64,000 nucleotides of DNA from IMG/VR virus record IMGVR_UViG_3300042691_047443, positions 12,490 to 76,489 of that record; one strand, written 5' to 3'. A program made the translations under genes and the position numbers. The notes below the pieces were generated by a model. The model was not told the origin of the DNA. It saw nothing but the letters and a program-made list of their open reading frames with translations, and ran no database searches. The DNA is from a virus. Positions 58,406 through 64,000 of the stretch are shown in pieces (position 1 is the first letter of the stretch; each line of letters begins with the position of its first letter).

Positions 58406-58894
58406 TCAGAACTGCAGGACGCAGTTGTCGAACCTGAGGGTCAACGAGATCTCAAGGGGTGCACCGTCTTCATACGACAGGTCGCCGAAGTTGACTTCTG
58501 TCGGGAACGCTCCCTTGATGTCCCAGAGCTCCACCACGGTACCGACCGGATCGAGTAGCTTCAACTGGATGTCTCTCTTATAAAAGTCTGCGTAGCCACC
58601 GCGACCTGACACCGACTCGTAGCAGGTACGGATCCACTCCATCGCCTGCTGGGCACCGGACGGTGCGATCGGGTCGTGGAGGGTGACGCTGATCGTTCCG
58701 AATGTGGTCTTGCCCGCGATGTAGCGACGTGAGTTGATGAACGGAATCTCCTGTTCCTCGGTGCTCACGGTCGGACGTGAGGCCGTCTTGCAGATGTAGG
58801 CGTCAATGCCCTCGATCATGAGAACCCACCGGTTCTTGCGCTTGGGCTCGAATTTTGTAGGTAACATCGATGATACTTCAAGTGTCTCGGCCAT
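58406..58894 (-). CDS. Tail tube protein (T4 gp19-like)
   Basis: FEPKRKNRW, RP, GK..F..ISVTL.D, YKRDIQL..LDPVG..VE.W...GAFP. Confidence 0.88.
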   Translation of the reverse strand: MAETLEVSSMLPTKFEPKRKNRWVLMIEGIDAYICKTASRPTVSTEEQEIPFINSRRYIAGKTTFGTISVTLHDPIAPSGAQQAMEWIRTCYESVSGRGGYADFYKRDIQLKLLDPVGTVVELWDIKGAFPTEVNFGDLSYEDGAPLEISLTLRFDNCVLQF

Positions 58895-58942
58895 TTTCTT
58901 CTCCTGTTTGTTCTAAATATTGCTCAACGTGAATTTAAACTT

Positions 58943-59287
58943 TCAAAATCTTAATTTGTCCAACCGAGCGAATCTTGCGTCGTCTTCGGCAGGAATTGGG
59001 TCTAGATCCGGTTCTTCATCCCAGTATCCCCCGGGATCGAGCTCCTCACCATCACCCAGGTATTCATCGTCCTCAGGTGAGTCGAGGTCTTCGACGTCAT
59101 CGTACTCGCCCATGTCTGCGTCTGTGGGCAAGTACTGACCCAGTCTGCTGTCGAAGTATCCACCACGTTGTGCCTGCGGATTATAATGACCCCGCGGGGC
59201 CTCCCGAATTGTCATATTTTGACCCCGGGAGGCCCTTTGGACCTCTTCAAATATTATCTTTTTTAGTTCATTGACCGTAATTCTCAT
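58943..59287 (-). CDS. Small acidic leader-bearing protein
   Basis: MRITVNELKKIIFEEV...IRE|A followed by a D/E-rich body. Confidence 0.7.
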   Translation of the reverse strand: MRITVNELKKIIFEEVQRASRGQNMTIREAPRGHYNPQAQRGGYFDSRLGQYLPTDADMGEYDDVEDLDSPEDDEYLGDGEELDPGGYWDEEPDLDPIPAEDDARFARLDKLRF

Positions 59288-59314
59288 GTTCTTCTCAGGG
59301 TGACGTGGTGTTTA

Positions 59315-62293
59315 TCACTGAAGGGTATTTGATACCTCAAAGTCAAGCGAGACGAACTCGATGGACTTTGTCGGCTGGACGAAGATCTTACCACGGACGG
59401 TGTTGTTCTCGATGTCCTGTTGTGTTGTCGTCGACGAGTCGATCACCACACTGAACCTCTCGAGGCCCGCCTGTGCCTGAATCCTTGCAAGCCTTGGGGT
59501 TACAGCTGCGCTGAAGCGAGCGAGTGTCGCTGCGCGATTTGGCTCGAAAAGGATCGTCTGGGCGATGTCGCGGACCTGACGCCTGATCTCGATGAGCAAT
59601 CTACGAACGTTGACGCGGTCGAGAGCCGAAGCAGCCGCCTGAAGTGTCTTCTGCCCCCAGATGATTGGTCCGCCTGATCCCTGCAGTGAGACAATCGGAT
59701 TGATTCTTGCGTCATACAATCGATCAAGGTCGGATTGTGACAATTTTACCTTGGCATCTATCGAGTCCTTTAACGAACCTCTCGTGAAACCTGCAGGTGC
59801 GAACCAAGGATGACCAACTTTGTCGTTCAGGGCAAGTGCCCCAAGAACCACAACAGAGGGAGGAACAATTACGTTGTTTCCGGTGTTGGGATCTCTCACA
59901 TTTACGTCAGGGAAGTATGCTGCGGCGAAACTGTTGTCAATCAACCTCTCATTGAACGTTGAGATCGTGTTGCCTACATGGACATTCACGTCTGTGCCCA
60001 ATCTGATGTCGATGCCGTCTTTGTCCCTCTGGATAATGTCCATGACGTAAAGGGCGTCGAATCTATCCCTCACAAACTCAGCGGCCATGTTAGTGACGTA
60101 TTCCTGCCTGATACCCGGCATCGCTAGCAACTGAATGTCTACGTTCACAACGTTCTTGAGGATCTCAAGGGCCTTTGTGTAGGCCTTCACGACGCCGCCG
60201 TTCTCAGCACCTCTGTCAACCCACGACATGTCTGCATCTACTGCATTATCATTCAGGTCCGCGGAGTCACGATCAAAGATGTTGACGCCATCAAAACCAC
60301 CTTGCATGATCATTGTGAATTTGGCAAATCTTCTGTTCTTGGTTTCAAGCAAGTCAGCGACCGTAAGAGGGTATCTTCCGGCCGGGGTTGATCCGTCTCT
60401 TGAATATCGAGATGACACCCAGTCTTCAGGGTTTGCAACACCATCAACGGTATGAGTTACCATTACGTTCTCTAGCGTAAACATATTGTTACAGAACCTA
60501 TCTGCATCAATGATCCCAAGTTGGGCAGAATCAGGTTGACCAGAGTTGCTTCCTGTCAAGAAGCTTGCCTCTCCGACAGCGTAATTAGGGAAATATTTTG
60601 TGAAACTCTCGATTGAAGAGTTTTTCTTGATCGACTTGTTGGGTTCATCAACGCTTTCGAGTCTCTCTGTCAATACGCCCCAGTAAAGCCTGTTTGAGGC
60701 CTGGGCGATGTTGTTCTGAACGGATCCATTATTAATTGATGTCCTGAAAGGAAGTGGTGGAGTTACCACGCTCTTGAGGGCGTCGGTCGTTAGTATGATA
60801 CCATCTAGGTCTCCGCCGGAGAGAGGCGCGCTGCCTGACGTAACAAGGTGATCGATTCCCCTGAATCCCATAGGAAGGGCTTCTTCATCAATTGTACCGA
60901 GTTCAATTGCGGGATCCACCTCTACCCTAACATAATTTGACTGAGCTGCGTAGTTTCCTTCGACGACAAGCTTTTGTGCCCTTTCGTCTCTGTCGAAGTC
61001 AAAAAACGTATGTGCATCCCCAATGACTTTAGAGATGTAACGATCGCTGCTTGGGTCAAGATTCAGGTTGGGATATTTGCCCAGGACTGACGTCTGATTG
61101 TCCCTGTCGTTAAATCTTCTGATGATTACGTCAAAAGATCCGAACCTGTAGGCAGAGCCTTGACGTGCGGGAGTCAGGTTCTCTATCGAGATCTTAAACT
61201 CCGATGAGACTCCTGCACCTGCACTCAGGGCATGGAATCTAAACAAGTTAACGGGCTTTCCACCAAACCTCTGAGAGATGACCCAGGGTGACTTCGCATG
61301 TGAAAACCTGTCGCTGAATGACTCATAGTTTGGAACTGTCGCAGACGCTGCATCTCTTCCCAAAGAGCTTGTCAAAAGAAAGACGCCCAAGGCCTCTTTC
61401 CCAGAGACTGGGACCGCATTGGTAAGTCCGGTTGCCGTAACAACTGCCTCCGCAGGCATGATATCCCAGTTGGCATACAGGCAGTGTCCGTGCTGTCTGA
61501 TCTTTGATGGATCTTTGTTGAGTTTTGTTGCAAAGTAATCTGGGAACAAAGGGTTTAACGAACAGGTTAGTACGTTAGGTGTATCGGCGACGTTGATGTG
61601 ACCATTCTGAAGCAACACGAATGTCTGGTTGGCTGTTACCACGTCTCCGACGTAGCTTCCCTTGAGGCCGGCGCCGCCCTTTCTTGCTATAAGCGTTGAT
61701 GACGGATTATCGCTTAGCGTTGTTGTCAAAAATGAAGATGAGACGTTCAGAATGACACCTGACGCTGCCATCAACACGCCTCGAATGATCGGTACAGAAA
61801 TATTATCTCCGGCAGTCTGCAGGCCCGCAGCAGAGAAAGAGGTAGATCCGGCCGACTCTGACATGAATGTGCCAAAGAAGTACGTACGACCCGGGTCTCC
61901 TCCGGAGTTTGCATACGGATTTTGATCGATGTCGCCCAAGTACGTATCAACCACTGTACGTGGAAGATCACCTCCGACCACAAATCCTGCATTCGTAACA
62001 GACCCATCATCGTTACGTTTTTTACCGTCACCCACGCCAAGTACCCTGAGGTAAGTGACCGATCCGGCACCTTGTCCCAGCCATTGTGCTACGGCCATAG
62101 GCCCAAACTTTTTACCGTCAGTACGTCCGAACTTGTCATAAAAGTCAGACAGGTTTCCAACAGTGACAGGTACAAATGCAGGCCCCTTTGTTGACGTACC
62201 GACAATTCCCGCAGGAACGCCGGACGGTTGGGTTGTCACGGGACCTGATGAATCTATCTCAGTTGCGGTTACTTTTGCGCTTCCTTGTGCCAT
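59315..62293 (-). CDS. Contractile tail sheath protein
   Basis: KGPAFVP, FG, PWFAPAGFTRG, INPI, WGQKTLQ, LDRVNVRRLL, FEPN. Confidence 0.95.
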   Translation of the reverse strand: MAQGSAKVTATEIDSSGPVTTQPSGVPAGIVGTSTKGPAFVPVTVGNLSDFYDKFGRTDGKKFGPMAVAQWLGQGAGSVTYLRVLGVGDGKKRNDDGSVTNAGFVVGGDLPRTVVDTYLGDIDQNPYANSGGDPGRTYFFGTFMSESAGSTSFSAAGLQTAGDNISVPIIRGVLMAASGVILNVSSSFLTTTLSDNPSSTLIARKGGAGLKGSYVGDVVTANQTFVLLQNGHINVADTPNVLTCSLNPLFPDYFATKLNKDPSKIRQHGHCLYANWDIMPAEAVVTATGLTNAVPVSGKEALGVFLLTSSLGRDAASATVPNYESFSDRFSHAKSPWVISQRFGGKPVNLFRFHALSAGAGVSSEFKISIENLTPARQGSAYRFGSFDVIIRRFNDRDNQTSVLGKYPNLNLDPSSDRYISKVIGDAHTFFDFDRDERAQKLVVEGNYAAQSNYVRVEVDPAIELGTIDEEALPMGFRGIDHLVTSGSAPLSGGDLDGIILTTDALKSVVTPPLPFRTSINNGSVQNNIAQASNRLYWGVLTERLESVDEPNKSIKKNSSIESFTKYFPNYAVGEASFLTGSNSGQPDSAQLGIIDADRFCNNMFTLENVMVTHTVDGVANPEDWVSSRYSRDGSTPAGRYPLTVADLLETKNRRFAKFTMIMQGGFDGVNIFDRDSADLNDNAVDADMSWVDRGAENGGVVKAYTKALEILKNVVNVDIQLLAMPGIRQEYVTNMAAEFVRDRFDALYVMDIIQRDKDGIDIRLGTDVNVHVGNTISTFNERLIDNSFAAAYFPDVNVRDPNTGNNVIVPPSVVVLGALALNDKVGHPWFAPAGFTRGSLKDSIDAKVKLSQSDLDRLYDARINPIVSLQGSGGPIIWGQKTLQAAASALDRVNVRRLLIEIRRQVRDIAQTILFEPNRAATLARFSAAVTPRLARIQAQAGLERFSVVIDSSTTTQQDIENNTVRGKIFVQPTKSIEFVSLDFEVSNTLQ

Positions 62294-62344
62294 GTTTATG
62301 CTCCCATTTAGACACTAAATATTCATGAACTCAAATTCAAGTTA

Positions 62345-64000
62345 TTAAACAAACTGTACGCCGCTATTTGTGATGATGAAATCAATTGCGATGTATTCAA
62401 TGACCCTGGTCGGAACAATCACAATTTTGCCGTTTAGACGGTTGTTATCAAAGTCGTCCTGGCTATTATTCGTTTCATTCATCACGACCTGGAATGCTTC
62501 AATTCCTGCCTGCGACTGTATGAGACTGAGTTGTAGCGATGCATCGGCCACAAATCTATTTCTTACCTCGGGCGTATTTTGCTCAAAGATCAACCTTTGA
62601 GCGATTGCGATCACGACTCGTTTCACCTCAAGCAACAAGCGTCGTACGTTCACCCTATCCAACGCTGATTTGGAAATTTGCAAGGTCTTTTGCCCATAGA
62701 TGACATATCCCAAGCGAGGGAACGTGGCGATCGGGTTGATCCTTGAGTCGTACAGGGAATCCCTGTCCGAGACATTGAGGCGAACACCAACATTTGTCAC
62801 AAAGTCAAGCGCGGCACGATTAAAACCTGCAGGTGCAAACCATGGATACGCAACTCTGTCGTTGTAGGCAAGGGCGCCGAGCGCTGCAATCGACGCAGGA
62901 ACTTTTACCTTCCTGCGATTCGTAGCATCATCAATGAATACGTCCGGGAAATAGGTTCCTACGTAATTATTGTCGATCAGTCGACCGTCAAATGATGCAA
63001 TTGTGTTGTCTACGCTGACGCGCTTGACCGAATCGTCGAACAGTCGCTGTGCATTATCATCATAAGCAGGAACGTCCATCACATAATAAGACAGACCGTA
63101 ATCCTTCACCTTTGCCATCGTATAATCGGTGAGATAAGGCTCTCTGATTCCCGGAATTGCGATGACGTTTACGTTTACAGAAAGTGGGTCAGTCATCAGG
63201 TCAACTGCCGTCTTGTACGACATGACCGTGGAGTTAGCAGAGCCTGAACCCGCAAAATTCGTAGTAAATCCCGGCGAACTAAAGCTAGTTGAAGCGCCAG
63301 AATCAAACGACGCAGCTTTGTCATTTAATCTTCTTGCGTTTCTATCTAGGATGTTTACGCCATCCCAACCGCCATGCATAAAAGTGACGAACTTGGTGTA
63401 TGGAGAAAACTTATTGAATTCCGATGGGGTCAGTTCTTTCAACAAGGTTGCCATTGTGTACCGATTACCCAAGAAATCATCAGAAATTGTGTAACTCGAT
63501 GGATTAACTTTTCCGTTTCTAATGTAGGCTGCTTCTCTCATGTGTTGCTCGACAGAACCTGTCAAGTTAGACCTTGAGGTGGCAGAGAGGGCTACGCGTG
63601 CCAAAGTAAATTTATTGTTATTTAAGTTGTCTGCGCCTGAACCCGTTACAAGAGCATCCAATTTCATGATACCCATAAACTTGGACAAGGACGAAATCAA
63701 TCCGTTCTTTTCGCTTGAACTGTTTGGATTCAATGCATAATTGTTTCTCTCGAATTTCACACCCCAGTGGAACAATGATGAAGGATTTTCTGTCTGTGCA
63801 GGTTGACCCAACCAAGCATAGTTTTCCAACTCGGCACCACGAGTTACTTTTGTTCTAAGCGGGATGGGAGGAAGAATAGATCCTCTGAGGTTGGTTGTAA
63901 CGCCTCTTCCGCTGATTCTTGCGTTGGATGCAGGGTCTGCATTTGTTGCAAGGTCGGTGGTTTTTAGAAGATTGTGACCCCTGAAACCAAAGGGTAGTGA
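62345..64000 (-). CDS. Second contractile tail sheath paralogue (5' end outside window)
   Basis: PWFAPAGFNR, INPI, GQKTLQ, LDRVNVRRLL; frame stays open to the window end (SLPFGFRG...). Confidence 0.93.
   Translation of the reverse strand, partial: SLPFGFRGHNLLKTTDLATNADPASNARISGRGVTTNLRGSILPPIPLRTKVTRGAELENYAWLGQPAQTENPSSLFHWGVKFERNNYALNPNSSSEKNGLISSLSKFMGIMKLDALVTGSGADNLNNNKFTLARVALSATSRSNLTGSVEQHMREAAYIRNGKVNPSSYTISDDFLGNRYTMATLLKELTPSEFNKFSPYTKFVTFMHGGWDGVNILDRNARRLNDKAASFDSGASTSFSSPGFTTNFAGSGSANSTVMSYKTAVDLMTDPLSVNVNVIAIPGIREPYLTDYTMAKVKDYGLSYYVMDVPAYDDNAQRLFDDSVKRVSVDNTIASFDGRLIDNNYVGTYFPDVFIDDATNRRKVKVPASIAALGALAYNDRVAYPWFAPAGFNRAALDFVTNVGVRLNVSDRDSLYDSRINPIATFPRLGYVIYGQKTLQISKSALDRVNVRRLLLEVKRVVIAIAQRLIFEQNTPEVRNRFVADASLQLSLIQSQAGIEAFQVVMNETNNSQDDFDNNRLNGKIVIVPTRVIEYIAIDFIITNSGVQFV

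Noticed and set aside
1-64000. Alternative genetic code (stop-codon reassignment)
   Set aside because: Conserved genes are full length under code 11, and TAA, TGA and TAG all end genes at sensible positions
1-64000. CRISPR array, tRNA or rRNA genes
   Set aside because: Intergenic gaps are short; I saw no repeat-spacer series or cloverleaf by eye (tRNAscan not run)
41342-64000. Bacterial eCIS/tailocin rather than phage tail
   Set aside because: It is contiguous with a phage replisome and has a 1980-aa tape measure

Overview
This window is a fragment of a large (jumbo-type) myovirus genome. Almost all genes are on the minus strand and use the standard genetic code. Right part (41.3-64 kb): a contractile-tail module with two tandem sheath paralogues, tail tube, chaperone, a 1980-aa tape measure protein and baseplate-type proteins. 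Middle (18-41 kb): replication and nucleotide metabolism, with DnaE, DnaB-like helicase, 5'-3' nuclease, a stand-alone PolA domain, RecA, gp32-like SSB, NrdAB, ThyX and dUTPases. Left (0.2-18 kb): a candidate cytosine hypermodification operon, a nucleotidyltransferase/ligase module, TK, dCMP deaminase, SOD, nitrilase, Nudix and a probable lysis cluster. Main observations: (1) a dCMP-hydroxymethylase-type enzyme, epimerase, glycosyltransferase and dNMP kinase, plus a UDP-xylose synthase, suggest sugar-modified (possibly pentosylated) cytosine copied by a C-family polymerase; (2) about 15 unrelated proteins share an N-terminal 'MK(I/L)TxxxL(R/K)xxIxEE' leader resembling a protease-cleaved capsid-targeting signal, often behind a shared ATAYNTA motif; (3) promoter elements lie about 6 nt from start codons, implying leaderless mRNAs; (4) a probable +1/-2 frameshift in the tail chaperone. 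All calls come from reading motifs by eye; no database searches were run.
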